Positions 41,872 to 51,701 of a DNA stretch of 64,000 bases are shown in pieces. Below the pieces are notes generated by a model, which did not search any database, was not told the origin of the DNA, and saw only the letters and a list, made by a program, of their open reading frames with translations. This DNA is from an uncultured Gaiellaceae bacterium. Lineage in GTDB: Bacteria; Actinomycetota; Thermoleophilia; Gaiellales; Gaiellaceae. Every line of letters begins with the position of its first letter. Within the stretch, counting starts at the first letter, position 1. Location of the stretch: contig CAWEGY010000003.1 of NCBI GenBank assembly GCA_963808865.1, forward strand, positions 6,709 through 70,708, given 5' to 3'. Both the position numbers and the translations under genes were made by a program.

Positions 41872-42539
41872 ACGCGCTCCGCGAGCGTCTGTCCGTGATC
41901 GCGACCGAGGATGTCGGGCCGTACACGCTCCTCCGCCTCGAGCGCGGAGGCCTCGAGCCTGGCACTCCGGGCCAGTTCTTCATGCTCGAGGCACCCGGCC
42001 GCCTGCTGCCGCGCCCGATGAGCCTCTGTCGGGCGCCCGACGGCGCGCTCGAGTTCCTGATCGACCCGATCGGGCCGGGCACGCGAGCGCTCTGCGCGCT
42101 CGGAGCGGGCGATGCGATCCATGTCTTCGGGCCGCTCGGAAACGGCTTCGACCTCCACGTGAAACGGCCGCTGCTCGTCGCGGGCGGGATCGGGATCGCT
42201 CCGATGCCCTACCTCGCAGCGGTGCTGGGCAACCCTCCTTCGCTCGTCGGATTCCGCTCCGGGCGTCACGCGGAAGCGGCTCGACTCCTTCCCGGTGCAC
42301 AGGTGGTGCTCGAGCCGACGTACGTCACGGAGCTTCTGCCGGCCGATCCGGGCGACGTGCTCGCGTGCGGGCCGGAGCCGATGCTCGAGGCCGTCCGCGC
42401 GCGGGTCCCCGGGGCGCAACTCGCCTGGGAGGCGCCGATGGCGTGCGGCTACGGCGGTTGCTACGGCTGCGTGGTCGAGGTCGACGGGCGCTATGCGCGC
42501 CTCTGCATCGAGGGGCCCGTTCTGCGGGAGGCCGCGTGA
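41868..42539 (+). CDS. pyrK: dihydroorotate dehydrogenase electron-transfer subunit
   Basis: FAD/NAD-binding pattern and a C-terminal 2Fe-2S cysteine cluster [11 protein letters not shown]...C. GTGA overlap with carB. Confidence 0.85.
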
Positions 42540-43408
42540 CCATCGCCCTCTACAACGCGAGCGGGTGCCTCGACGCCCTCGCAGCGCCCGAGGTCGCTCA
42601 GGCGCTCGACGCCTATGTGACCAAGACCGTCACCCCGCTTCCTCGTGAAGGGAACCCGCCGCCGCGCATCGCCGAGACCGCATACGGGATGCTGAACTCG
42701 ATCGGGCTCCAGAACCCGGGAATCGAGGCGTTTCTCGACCTGCACCTGCCTCGTCTCGCCGGCCTGGGCGTGCCCATCTGGGTGTCCGTGGGTGGATTCT
42801 CCGCCGAGGACTACGCCACGACCTGCGCGAGTCTCGACGAGCGGGCCGAGGTGGTCACGGTCGAGCTCAATCTCTCGTGCCCGAACGTCGAGGAGGCGCC
42901 GGAAACGGCCGCGGAGCTGGTTACGGCTGCCCGCGCGGCCACTGCCAAGCCGCTCTACGCGAAGCTCTCGCCGGCGACGTGGGACATCGCCGAGACCGCC
43001 CGCGCCGTGGCGGCCGCGGGCGCCGACGGGCTCTCGCTCGTCAACACCATCCGGGGCCTCGCTCTCGATGCGTCTCGGCGCCCCGTCCTCGCCCGCGGCG
43101 CCGGTGGGTACTCGGGGCCTGCCCTCGGACCGATCGCCCTCGCCTGCGTGGACGCCTGCGCGAAGGCGGTGGACCTACCCATCGTGGGCATGGGCGGAGT
43201 CGCGTCGGGGCAGGACGTCCTCGATCTCGTCGCCGCGGGAGCGGGTGCGGTCGCGCTCGGCACGATCCTGTTCTCGGACCCGTTCGCTCCCGAGAGGATC
43301 CGGTCGGAGGTCGTCGCCGCCTCGTCGCCGTCCGGTGTCGAATCTGTAACCGGGTTGCGAGGAAATGGACGACAGTTCGTTCGCTCGTCGATTCTGTCGG
43401 CAGACTAG
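42536..43408 (+). CDS. pyrD: dihydroorotate dehydrogenase (class 1B catalytic subunit)
   Basis: Contains NSIGLQNPG, ELNLSCPN and VNTI. GTGA overlap with pyrK. The last approximately 30 aa are uncertain. Confidence 0.88.
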   Translation: MTIALYNASGCLDALAAPEVAQALDAYVTKTVTPLPREGNPPPRIAETAYGMLNSIGLQNPGIEAFLDLHLPRLAGLGVPIWVSVGGFSAEDYATTCASLDERAEVVTVELNLSCPNVEEAPETAAELVTAARAATAKPLYAKLSPATWDIAETARAVAAAGADGLSLVNTIRGLALDASRRPVLARGAGGYSGPALGPIALACVDACAKAVDLPIVGMGGVASGQDVLDLVAAGAGAVALGTILFSDPFAPERIRSEVVAASSPSGVESVTGLRGNGRQFVRSSILSAD

Positions 43409-43449
43409 AAAACAGAAAAATACCTGCAAAACGGGCAAAACGGTTCCGC

Positions 43450-43477
43450 TTGACCACGAGGACAAGCTTGGTAGACT
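43450..43477 (+). promoter_or_regulatory. candidate mihF promoter TTGACC-16-TGgTAGACT (extended -10), preceded by an A-rich tract
   Basis: Hexamers read directly. The -10 ends about 10 nt before the ATG at 43488, implying a leaderless or very short-leader mRNA. Confidence 0.5.
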
Positions 43478-43487
43478 CGTCCGGCTC

Positions 43488-43823
43488 ATGGTCACGACGA
43501 AGTCGCACGCACAGGCGCCGGCGCGCTCCCTCGACCAGAGGATGGAGGCGCTCCAGCGGGCCAACGACGTTCGTGTCCGGCGTGCACAGCTCAAGCGCGA
43601 CCTGAAGGCCGGGCAGGAGAGCATCGAGGCGATCCTGCTCGATCCGCCGGAGTGGGTCTCGACGGCGAAGGTCTTCGACATGCTCATGGCCGTCCCCAAG
43701 TTCGGCCGCGTGAAGGCCGCGCGGCTGCTGAACCAGTGCCGGATCAGCCAGTCGAAGACCGTCGGTGGTCTCTCCGAGCGCCAGCGCGCCGAGCTCGTCG
43801 ATCTCTTCAACCATCGCAGCTGA
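43488..43823 (+). CDS. mihF: actinobacterial integration host factor mIHF
   Basis: RMEALQRANDVRVRRAQLKRDLKAG...VFDMLMAVPKFGRVKAARLL...SERQRAELV. Confidence 0.85.
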   Translation: MVTTKSHAQAPARSLDQRMEALQRANDVRVRRAQLKRDLKAGQESIEAILLDPPEWVSTAKVFDMLMAVPKFGRVKAARLLNQCRISQSKTVGGLSERQRAELVDLFNHRS

Positions 43824-43838
43824 GGCGTAGCGGGGGCG

Positions 43839-44426
43839 GTGCCTTCGCGGCCCGTCATCGTCGTCACCGGGCCGTCGGGTGCGGGCAAGGGCACGCTGAT
43901 CAAGGGACTGCTCGAGCGCGTGTCCGGGCTCGAGGTTGCGGTCTCCGCGACGACACGCATCCAGCGGCCGGGAGAGGTCGACGGACACGACTACTGGTTC
44001 CTCTCGGACGACGAGTTCACGCAGCGCGTCGAGGCCGGCGAGTTCCTCGAATGGGTGCCGTACGTCTCGGGCCGCCGCTACGGCACGTTGCGCTCGGAGA
44101 TCGAGCGAATCGCCGACGACGACAGGGTCTGCGTGCTCGAGCTCGAGCTCGAAGGCGCCCTGCGAGTGCAGGAGACGGTGGAGAGCGCAACGACGATCTT
44201 CATCGCTGCCGACGTCGACGAGCTCGAGCGCCGTCTGCGCGAGCGAGCGACGGAGTCGACCGGCGAGATCGGCGAGCGGATCGAGCTCGCGCGCGACCAG
44301 CTCACGCGAGCGCACGAGTTCCGCTACATGGTGCGAAACGACGACCTCGAACGGGCAACGGCGGCACTCGCTGCGCTCGTCGAGAGCGAGCTTGCGCGCA
44401 ATCCAGCTACCATGCCCCGTCCATGA
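43839..44426 (+). CDS. gmk: guanylate kinase
   Basis: VVTGPSGAGKGTL plus the TTR...E.DG.DY.F motif. Confidence 0.92.
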   Translation: MPSRPVIVVTGPSGAGKGTLIKGLLERVSGLEVAVSATTRIQRPGEVDGHDYWFLSDDEFTQRVEAGEFLEWVPYVSGRRYGTLRSEIERIADDDRVCVLELELEGALRVQETVESATTIFIAADVDELERRLRERATESTGEIGERIELARDQLTRAHEFRYMVRNDDLERATAALAALVESELARNPATMPRP

Positions 44427-44662
44427 TCTATCCACGACTCGATGACCTGCTCGACCAGGTCGAGGGCTCGCGCTACGCGCTCGTCCTCGTCGCTGCGAAG
44501 CGAGCACGGCAGATCAACAACTACCACCACCAGCTCGGCGAGGGCATCGGCTTCGACGAAGCGCCGCCGCCCCTGATCGAATCCCGCTCGAAGAACTACT
44601 TGACCATGGCGATGGAAGAGATCGCCGGCGGGAAGATCACGCTCAGCGCCCCGACGACGTAG
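44423..44662 (+). CDS. rpoZ: DNA-directed RNA polymerase subunit omega
   Basis: SRYALVLVAAKRARQIN. ATGA overlap with gmk. Confidence 0.88.
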   Translation: MIYPRLDDLLDQVEGSRYALVLVAAKRARQINNYHHQLGEGIGFDEAPPPLIESRSKNYLTMAMEEIAGGKITLSAPTT

Positions 44663-44671
44663 AGCCGGCGC

Positions 44672-45841
44672 ATGGCGCGCATCCTGCTCGGAGTGACCGG
44701 GGGGATAGCGGCCTACAAGGCCTGCTCGCTCGTCCGCCTGCTCGTTCGAGCGGGCCATGACGTGTATCCCGTGCTCACGGCCGGGGCCGAGCGCTTCGTC
44801 ACAGCCGAGACGTTCTTCGCACTCGCTCGGAAGCCGCAAAGTGCGGATCCATATCCGCATCTCGAAAGGGCCGACCTGCTCGTGGTCGCGCCGCTGACGG
44901 CGAACACGCTCGCGCGACTGGCGCACGGGCTCGCCGACGACGTCCTGACCGAGGCTGCGCTGGCGCACGCGGGGCCTGTGCTCGTGGCGCCGGCGATGAA
45001 CTCGCGGATGTGGGCGCACCCGGCGACCCAGGCGAACGTGGAGCTGCTGCGCGCCCGAGGCGTGGCCTTCGTCGGGCCGGCTGAAGGTGAGCTCGCCGAG
45101 GGCGAGGAGGGCGTGGGGCGGATGGCGGAGCCCGAGGAGATCCACGCTCGCGCCGAGGAGCTCCTGCGGAGCGGGCAAGGCAGCTCGAGCGCGCTGGCCG
45201 GCAAGCGCGTGCTCGTCACCGCGGGAGGCACGCGCGAGCCGCTCGACGCCGTGCGCTACGTCGGCAACCGCTCGTCGGGCCGAATGGGCGTGGCGGTGGC
45301 CGAGGAAGCGCGGCGGCGCGGGGCCGAGGTGACGCTGCTCGCCTCGAACCTCGCAGTCTCCGCCCCCGCCGGCGTCACGGTCGTGGAGACGCCCACGGCG
45401 GCAGACCTGGAGCGAGAAACGCTCGCGAGGCGCGACGCCGACGTCATCGTGATGGCGGCGGCCGTCGCCGACTACCGGCTGCCCGGTCCCTCCGAGGAGA
45501 AACGGCCGAAGGACGGCTCGCCCTGGACGCTCGCGCTCGAGCCCACCCCGGACGTCCTCGCGATGCTCGGGGCCTCGCGGACGACCGAGCAGGTGCTCGT
45601 CGGCTTCGCAGCCGACGGAGCCGGGGCCGGGCTCGAGCGGGCGCGCGAGAAACGCGTCGCGAAGCACGCAGACGTGTTCGTCTTCAACGACGTCTCGCGG
45701 TCGGACATCGGCTTCGACGCCCTCGAGAACGAGGTGGTGCTGGTCTCGGCCGACGGCGAGCGCACCGTCGCGAAAGCTCCCAAGAGCGCTATCGCCGCCG
45801 AGGTTCTCGACGAGATCGAGCGGGTACTCTCGAAGACATGA
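44672..45841 (+). CDS. coaBC: bifunctional phosphopantothenoylcysteine decarboxylase / phosphopantothenate-cysteine ligase
   Basis: Contains GVTGGIAAYK, PAMN..M and TAGGTREPLD.VRY..N.SSG. Confidence 0.92.
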   Translation: MARILLGVTGGIAAYKACSLVRLLVRAGHDVYPVLTAGAERFVTAETFFALARKPQSADPYPHLERADLLVVAPLTANTLARLAHGLADDVLTEAALAHAGPVLVAPAMNSRMWAHPATQANVELLRARGVAFVGPAEGELAEGEEGVGRMAEPEEIHARAEELLRSGQGSSSALAGKRVLVTAGGTREPLDAVRYVGNRSSGRMGVAVAEEARRRGAEVTLLASNLAVSAPAGVTVVETPTAADLERETLARRDADVIVMAAAVADYRLPGPSEEKRPKDGSPWTLALEPTPDVLAMLGASRTTEQVLVGFAADGAGAGLERAREKRVAKHADVFVFNDVSRSDIGFDALENEVVLVSADGERTVAKAPKSAIAAEVLDEIERVLSKT

Positions 45842-46809
45842 CGGAGGGCGTGCGGGCGGGGGAGATCGTCGCCTCTCGAGTGGCCGCCGACGTCGTCGAG
45901 CGGGTTGTCGCGAACCTCGAGCTCGTCGTCCGTGCGCCGCGCGAGACCCTCGAGCTCTGCGTCCTTTGCCTGCTTGCGGAGGGCCACCTGATCATCGAGG
46001 ACTTCCCCGGTGTGGGGAAGACCATGCTCGCGAAGTCCCTCGCCCGCTCGCTGCACCTGTCGTTCTCCCGGCTCCAGTTCACGCCCGATCTGCTGCCGAC
46101 GGACGTCACCGGCGTGAACGTCTTCAACCAGCGGTCGGGTGAGTTCGAGTTCAAGCCCGGCCCGGTGTTCGCGAACGTGTTGCTCGTCGACGAGATCAAC
46201 CGCGCGTCGCCGAAGACCCAGTCGGCGCTGCTCGAGGCGATGCAGGAGTCGCAGGTCACGATCGACGGGGTCACGTACGGGCTCGAGCCGCCCTTCCTCG
46301 TGGTCGCGACCCAGAACCCGATCGAGTACGAAGGCACGTATCCGCTTCCCGAGGCCCAGCTCGACCGCTTCACGGCGCGGTTGTCGCTCGGCTATCCGCC
46401 GTTCGCGGAGGAGGCGCTCATGCTCTCCGAGCAGACGACGGCGCCGCCGCTCGACCGGCTCGAAGCGGTGGCCGACCGCGCGGACGTGCAGGCGGCCATC
46501 CGCGCGGCGTCGCAGGTGTACGTGCAGGAGTCGATCGGGGAGTACGTCGTCTCCGTGCTCCGGCACACGCGCGACAGCGCGCGCCTGGCCCTCGGTGCGA
46601 GCCCTCGCGCCGGAATCGCGCTCCTGCGCATGGCGAAGGCGAGAGCGGTGGCGTCCGGACGCGACTACGTCCTCCCGGACGATGTCCAGGCCGTCGCAGT
46701 CTCCGTCCTCGCACACCGTGTGATCGTCGCCCCCGAGGCAAGGGCCGCGGGCGTTCGAGGCGAGGAGGCCGTGGAGCACGCACTCGCGGAGACGCCCGTC
46801 CCGGCATGA
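45838..46809 (+). CDS. MoxR-family AAA+ ATPase
   Basis: Contains GVGKT, LLVDEINRASPKTQSALLEAM and ATQNPIEYEGTYPLPEAQLDRF. Confidence 0.92.
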   Translation: MTEGVRAGEIVASRVAADVVERVVANLELVVRAPRETLELCVLCLLAEGHLIIEDFPGVGKTMLAKSLARSLHLSFSRLQFTPDLLPTDVTGVNVFNQRSGEFEFKPGPVFANVLLVDEINRASPKTQSALLEAMQESQVTIDGVTYGLEPPFLVVATQNPIEYEGTYPLPEAQLDRFTARLSLGYPPFAEEALMLSEQTTAPPLDRLEAVADRADVQAAIRAASQVYVQESIGEYVVSVLRHTRDSARLALGASPRAGIALLRMAKARAVASGRDYVLPDDVQAVAVSVLAHRVIVAPEARAAGVRGEEAVEHALAETPVPA

Positions 46810-48011
46810 AGCGCTTCGGCGGCGCGCTCGTCCTCGGGGCCGGCGTCTCGTTGGCGGCCGTCGCCTTCGGCTCGCGCCCGCTCGGCGTCGTGGGCGTCGG
46901 ATTACTGCTCGCTGCCGCGCTGACGCGGGCGTGGGTGGGACTCGTCCGCGGTCCCGTCTCGGTTGAGGTCGTCGCGGAGCCGTCCCCCGCAACCGAGGGT
47001 GACGACGTGACGGTCGAGATTCGCGCGAGTCGGAGTGGACGCATCCCCGTGGGATCCGCGGTCGCGCACGGCAGTCTCGGGCGACTGGGCTCGTACAGCC
47101 AGCCGCTGCGCGGGCGCGGCCACGTCGCATCCGGCCGCCTCGAGCTGTGGGCCGTCCCGCGCGGCGTCTTCCCGTTCAGCGAGTCGCGGATCGCGCTCGG
47201 AGATGTGCTCGGGCTGGCGTCGGTCGTCGTCGAGACCGACGACCCCGACGCGCTGGTCGTGCATCCCCGTCTCGTGGCCCTCTCGAGCCTGTTCACCGAC
47301 GCCGGGCGGCACGGCGCCGGCGGGCGCCGCCTACTCCTGCGCCGACCGGCCGGTTTCGACTTCCACTCGGTGCGCGAGTACGAGCAGGGCGAGTCGCTCC
47401 GGCGCGTGCACTGGCCCACGAGCGCGCGTCGCGGGCGGCTCATGGTCAAGGAGCTCGAGGACACCGCGCGCGACGACGCCGTCGTCGTGCTCGACTGCTG
47501 GCCTGGCGGTGCGGCAGGCAACCCTCCCGACTCGAGCTTCGACGTCCTCGTGCGGGCGGCGGGATCGATCCTCGCCGCGTACCTGGGGCGCGGCCGAACC
47601 GCATCTTTGGTCGCGACCTCCCGCGAGCACGTCGTCCAGCAGGTGAGATCGTTCTCGTCGGATTTCGACGCCGTTCTCCGCGCTCTCGCGACGGTCGAGC
47701 CCGACGGGCTCGACCCGTTGGCACGAGCGCTGCGTGCGAACCAGCGAGCGCTTTCGTCGACGGGAGACCTGTGTGTGGTCACGGGCGCGCTCGATCCTGG
47801 AGCCGTCGATGCGCTGCTGGGAGCGGCAGGCCGCCGCGTGGTTTCGGTCGTGTGGGTTGACGCGCCTAGCTTCGTCGCGCGGCCGACGCGCGCCAGTGCG
47901 GATGTTCTCCGGCTCGTCAGTGCAGGGATTCCCGTTGCGGTGGTCCGACGGGGGGACGATCTCGCCGCTGCTCTCGGCGCGCCACAGCTGCAGGCGGCGG
48001 CGCATGGCTAG
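46806..48011 (+). CDS. DUF58 domain protein
   Basis: FHSVREYEQGESLRRVHWPTSARRGRLMVKE motif. Coupled to the MoxR gene. Confidence 0.85.
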   Translation: MKRFGGALVLGAGVSLAAVAFGSRPLGVVGVGLLLAAALTRAWVGLVRGPVSVEVVAEPSPATEGDDVTVEIRASRSGRIPVGSAVAHGSLGRLGSYSQPLRGRGHVASGRLELWAVPRGVFPFSESRIALGDVLGLASVVVETDDPDALVVHPRLVALSSLFTDAGRHGAGGRRLLLRRPAGFDFHSVREYEQGESLRRVHWPTSARRGRLMVKELEDTARDDAVVVLDCWPGGAAGNPPDSSFDVLVRAAGSILAAYLGRGRTASLVATSREHVVQQVRSFSSDFDAVLRALATVEPDGLDPLARALRANQRALSSTGDLCVVTGALDPGAVDALLGAAGRRVVSVVWVDAPSFVARPTRASADVLRLVSAGIPVAVVRRGDDLAAALGAPQLQAAAHG

Positions 48012-50208
48012 GGCCGCCTTCGCGTGCGCGCTCCCGACGCTCGTGATCGCGTTCGCCTGGTTGCGCCTGGAGGAGCCGCGCCTCCGCAACGAGGCGCTGG
48101 TCGTCATCGCGCTGGCGCTCGTCCCTGGGTTCCTGCCCGGCTGGCGACTGCGAGCACCAGCTCTGCTCGCCGCCGGGCTTGGCGCGCTCGCCGTCGCGTT
48201 CGAGACCCGACCCTGGGAGCTTGCTCCCTTCCGCGACGCGCCCGTGCTCCGGCCGCTACTCGACTCGGTCGGCATCGGGGTCGGCGACTTCTACGGCGTC
48301 GTCCTGCCCTTCGACCCGGGCCGGCATCCCGAGATGCACGGTCTGCTGCTGCTCGCGATCTTCGGCTTCGTCTCGGCAACTGCCGTGCTCGTTGCCTCGG
48401 GGCGGCCGCTAAGCGCGGCAGCGGTGGTCGCGTGCGGGAGCGGTTGGCCGGCGACCTTGCTCGACGCCGGTGCCGCCTTCGTCGGCGTGCTCGCACTCGC
48501 GGCGGTGTTCTGGATCTTCGTCGCCCTCCGTGCACACACGTTCGGCGCAGCTGCGGCAGGAGCCGCTGCCGCAGTCGCCCTCGTCGGGGTCGCGACGTGG
48601 ATGTCCACGGCCACGTCCTTCGCCGAGCGCGCGGCGCTCGAGTGGGAGTCATGGGACTTCCGCGGACTTCCGGCGAAGGCGCTCGGTGTTCGCTTCGTCT
48701 GGGACGCGAACTACGACGGCATCAGCTTTCCTGCGACGAAGACCACCGTCCTCGAGATCGAGGGCCCCGAGCGCGCCGAGTACTGGCGTGCGTCCACGCT
48801 CGACCTGTTCACGACGGATCGCTGGATCGAGGGGCTGTATCCGACGATCATCGCCCGCGGCGACCGGGTCGTCCCGTCAGACGAGCTCACCCCGCGCCGA
48901 GTGCAGAACCAGGCGTCGTGGGTCGAGCAGCGCGTGCGGGTCAAAGCGCTCGTCGACGACCGCATCGTCGCGGCGGGCACGCCGGTCGCGCTCGATGCCC
49001 GGAGCCTCGGGACGGTCTTCTTCCTCTCGGGCGGGGTGATGAGAGCCCGCCAGGCGCTCGCGCCCGGCACGCGATATCGGGTCTGGAGCTACATCCCCGA
49101 TCCCGCGCCGGCCGCGCTCGCGGCTTCTCCTCCTCGCTACCCGCCCGAGGCCAGCCGCTTCACGACCGTCTGGGGGCGCACGCTGCCGTTCTTCGGGACG
49201 CCCGGACGTGACGCGCAGATGGAGTCGCTGCTCACGGACCCGCAGTTCGGCTCGCTCGGTGAGTACCGGCCTCTGTATGCCGCGGCCCGGCAGGTGGTCG
49301 GGAACGCGGGCACGGCGTACGGCGCCGTCCTCGCGCTGGAGTCGTGGTTCCGCAGCACGGGCGGATTCCGGTACGACGAGCGACCGCCTCGGTCGCCCGA
49401 CACGCCTGCGCTGATCGACTTCGTCCTCACCACGAAGGCGGGCTACTGCCAGCACTACGCGGGGGCGATGGCGCTCATGCTGCGCCTCCTGGGAATTCCT
49501 GCGCGCGTCGCGGTCGGCTTCACCAGCGGGACGTACGACGACGGCACCTGGAAGGTGACCGATCACGATGCCCACGCATGGGTCGAGGCCTGGTTCTCGG
49601 GCCATGGGTGGGTGGCGTTCGATCCGACACCGGGACGGGGGAGCTTCGCCGGCCAGTACTCGTATGCGTCCGAGAACGCGCAGGCGGTCGAGGCGCTGCG
49701 AAGAGGAGACCTGACCGGAGCGACCTCGCCGACGACACCTCGGCGGGTCGGCGACGCGGGAAGACCGACAGGTGCCGATGTCGCCGACGACACCGCACCC
49801 TCCCTCGCGGCCGTGGTGCTCCTCCTCGGCGGCACCTGGATCCTCGGCGTCGGTCTCGGCAAGGCCGGGATGCGGCGTTTCCGGTACCTCTCGCGGGATC
49901 CGCGTCGCGTCGCTACGGCAAGCCGCCGTGAGCTCGAGGACTTCCTGCGCGACCAGGGCGTCGATGTTCCGCGGGCTGCGACGCTCGGCTGGCTGCAAGA
50001 GTCGGTCTATCGGGAGCTGGGGGTCGAGGGCGCGCGTTTCGCGAGCGCGGCCTCCCGCGCTCGCTTCGGTCCGCCTGCGGAGGCGAGGCGGGGAGCCGTG
50101 GCTGCGCGGAACGAGCTCAGAGCGCTCCTGAAGAGGGCGCGGCGGGAGCTTTCGCTCTGGGCACGCTTCCGGGGGTTCGTGTCCCTTCGGTCCTTGCGGG
50201 GCATCTGA
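48004..50208 (+). CDS. transglutaminase-like membrane protein
   Basis: N-terminal TM region and a transglutaminase core GYCQHYAGAM...HAWVEAW...GWVAFDPT. Internal ATG of ORF 47734..50208. Confidence 0.88.
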   Translation: MARAAFACALPTLVIAFAWLRLEEPRLRNEALVVIALALVPGFLPGWRLRAPALLAAGLGALAVAFETRPWELAPFRDAPVLRPLLDSVGIGVGDFYGVVLPFDPGRHPEMHGLLLLAIFGFVSATAVLVASGRPLSAAAVVACGSGWPATLLDAGAAFVGVLALAAVFWIFVALRAHTFGAAAAGAAAAVALVGVATWMSTATSFAERAALEWESWDFRGLPAKALGVRFVWDANYDGISFPATKTTVLEIEGPERAEYWRASTLDLFTTDRWIEGLYPTIIARGDRVVPSDELTPRRVQNQASWVEQRVRVKALVDDRIVAAGTPVALDARSLGTVFFLSGGVMRARQALAPGTRYRVWSYIPDPAPAALAASPPRYPPEASRFTTVWGRTLPFFGTPGRDAQMESLLTDPQFGSLGEYRPLYAAARQVVGNAGTAYGAVLALESWFRSTGGFRYDERPPRSPDTPALIDFVLTTKAGYCQHYAGAMALMLRLLGIPARVAVGFTSGTYDDGTWKVTDHDAHAWVEAWFSGHGWVAFDPTPGRGSFAGQYSYASENAQAVEALRRGDLTGATSPTTPRRVGDAGRPTGADVADDTAPSLAAVVLLLGGTWILGVGLGKAGMRRFRYLSRDPRRVATASRRELEDFLRDQGVDVPRAATLGWLQESVYRELGVEGARFASAASRARFGPPAEARRGAVAARNELRALLKRARRELSLWARFRGFVSLRSLRGI

Positions 50209-50209
50209 G

Positions 50210-50557
50210 ATGAGCGAGAGCGAGACCTACGACCTGTTCCAGCTCGGCCGCCGGAACCTACGGAACGGGATGGCTGCGCAGGCGACGGTCCCGCTCGAGA
50301 AGGCGAAGAAGCGCGAGCCCCGGTCGCGCTCCATCCGCGAGGCGCTCGGAATCGCGTACTTCCGGATCGGCCGGTGGGCGGAGGCGGAGGCCGAGTTCCG
50401 CGAGCTCGTGGAGCTCGCCCCGTCGGACGAGTTCGCGCACTACGCGCTTGCGCGCGCCCTCGTCAACCAGGGCCGGCGCGAGGAGGCCACCCCGCACATC
50501 AAGATCGCACGCTCGCTGCGGCCGCGAACGTCCTCAGAGGGCGACGCGCTCGAATAG
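50210..50557 (+). CDS. TPR-repeat protein
   Basis: TPR-like AxxxLGxAYxxxGxWxEA pattern. Confidence 0.6.
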   Translation: MSESETYDLFQLGRRNLRNGMAAQATVPLEKAKKREPRSRSIREALGIAYFRIGRWAEAEAEFRELVELAPSDEFAHYALARALVNQGRREEATPHIKIARSLRPRTSSEGDALE

Positions 50558-50559
50558 GC

Positions 50560-50997
50560 GTGCGCGCGGTCGTCCAGCGGGTCCGCGAGGCCTCGGTCGC
50601 CGTGGACGGGAACGTCGTCTCCGCGATCGGCCCGGGGGTGCTCGTGCTCGTCGGCGTCGCGTCGGGCGACGCTCCGGCGCAGGCGGATCGGCTCGCTGCG
50701 AAGGTCGCGGCGCTCCGGATCTTCGAGAACGATGGCGGCCGCTTCGACCGCTCGCTCGTGGATGTCGGAGGCCAGGCGCTCGTCGTCAGCCAGTTCACGC
50801 TCGTCGCGGACACGCGGAAGGGGAGTCGACCGAGCTTCACGGACGCGGCTCGTCCGGAAGACGCCCAGCCGCTGTGCGAGCGGTTCGGCGACGCGTTGCG
50901 CGCCGAGGGCGTGCCCGTGCAAACCGGCGTCTTCGGCGCGAGGATGGAGGTCTCGCTGGTGAACGACGGGCCCGTGACCATCGTCCTCGACGGATAG
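50560..50997 (+). CDS. dtd: D-aminoacyl-tRNA deacylase
   Basis: [10 protein letters not shown]...G, SQFTL and NDGPVT motifs. GTG start inside ORF 50374..50997. Confidence 0.9.
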   Translation: MRAVVQRVREASVAVDGNVVSAIGPGVLVLVGVASGDAPAQADRLAAKVAALRIFENDGGRFDRSLVDVGGQALVVSQFTLVADTRKGSRPSFTDAARPEDAQPLCERFGDALRAEGVPVQTGVFGARMEVSLVNDGPVTIVLDG

Positions 50998-51209
50998 CGC
51001 GTGCGCTCGCCTCGAGCACGCGCCGCCGGCGCCGGTGGCCGGTGTCGCGAGACGGGTATTCTCCTCGCCGTCGGGTTCGGGCGATCGCGCGACGCGAGTG
51101 TGTCGGCTCGGGTAGCGGGAGCAGCACGCGTCGTATGAGGGTGGCGCTCGGGCGATCCGCCCGAGAGGCGGTGCTATCCTCTACCCACCACATTTCACCG
51201 GCTTCACGA

Positions 51210-51235
51210 AATGGGCGCGACGCGCCCATTCTTTG
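51210..51235 (+). terminator. leader hairpin AATGGGCGC-gac-GCGCCCATT-CTTTG upstream of rimP
   Basis: 9-bp perfect stem followed by a T-rich run, 15 nt before the rimP ATG. Confidence 0.45.
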
Positions 51236-51248
51236 TGAGAGGGGACGA

Positions 51249-51701
51249 ATGAGCACCACTTTTGCCCGAGAGCGCACGCTGCAGGAGGAGATCGCACCGG
51301 CGGTCGAGCAGCGCGTGGACGGGGTCGAGGTGCTCGCGGTGGAGCTGATCTCGCCGAGCCGCTTCTGCGTCTACATCGACCATGCGAGCGGCGTCGACCA
51401 CGCGCTCTGCGAGCGCGTCACACGTGTTCTCGACGCGTACCGGGCGGACTACACGATCGACGTGTCGTCCCCGGGCATCGAGCGGCCCCTTCGCACGCAG
51501 GCTCACTTCGCAGGCGTCGTCGGGCGGCGCGTGTCCGTTCGCACGTCGCAGGAGATCGGCGGTAGGAGCAAGTTTCGAGGCCAGGTGCAGGACGCCGGCC
51601 AGGACGCGGTCACGCTCGACGTGGCCGACAAGGGCACCATTCGAATCCCGTACGACGTGATCGTGCGAGGCAATCTGATCGACGAGGGGTTGAAGCCATG
51701 A
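51249..51701 (+). CDS. rimP: ribosome maturation factor RimP
   Basis: Position upstream of nusA and the motif IDVSSPGIERPL. Confidence 0.88.
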   Translation: MSTTFARERTLQEEIAPAVEQRVDGVEVLAVELISPSRFCVYIDHASGVDHALCERVTRVLDAYRADYTIDVSSPGIERPLRTQAHFAGVVGRRVSVRTSQEIGGRSKFRGQVQDAGQDAVTLDVADKGTIRIPYDVIVRGNLIDEGLKP

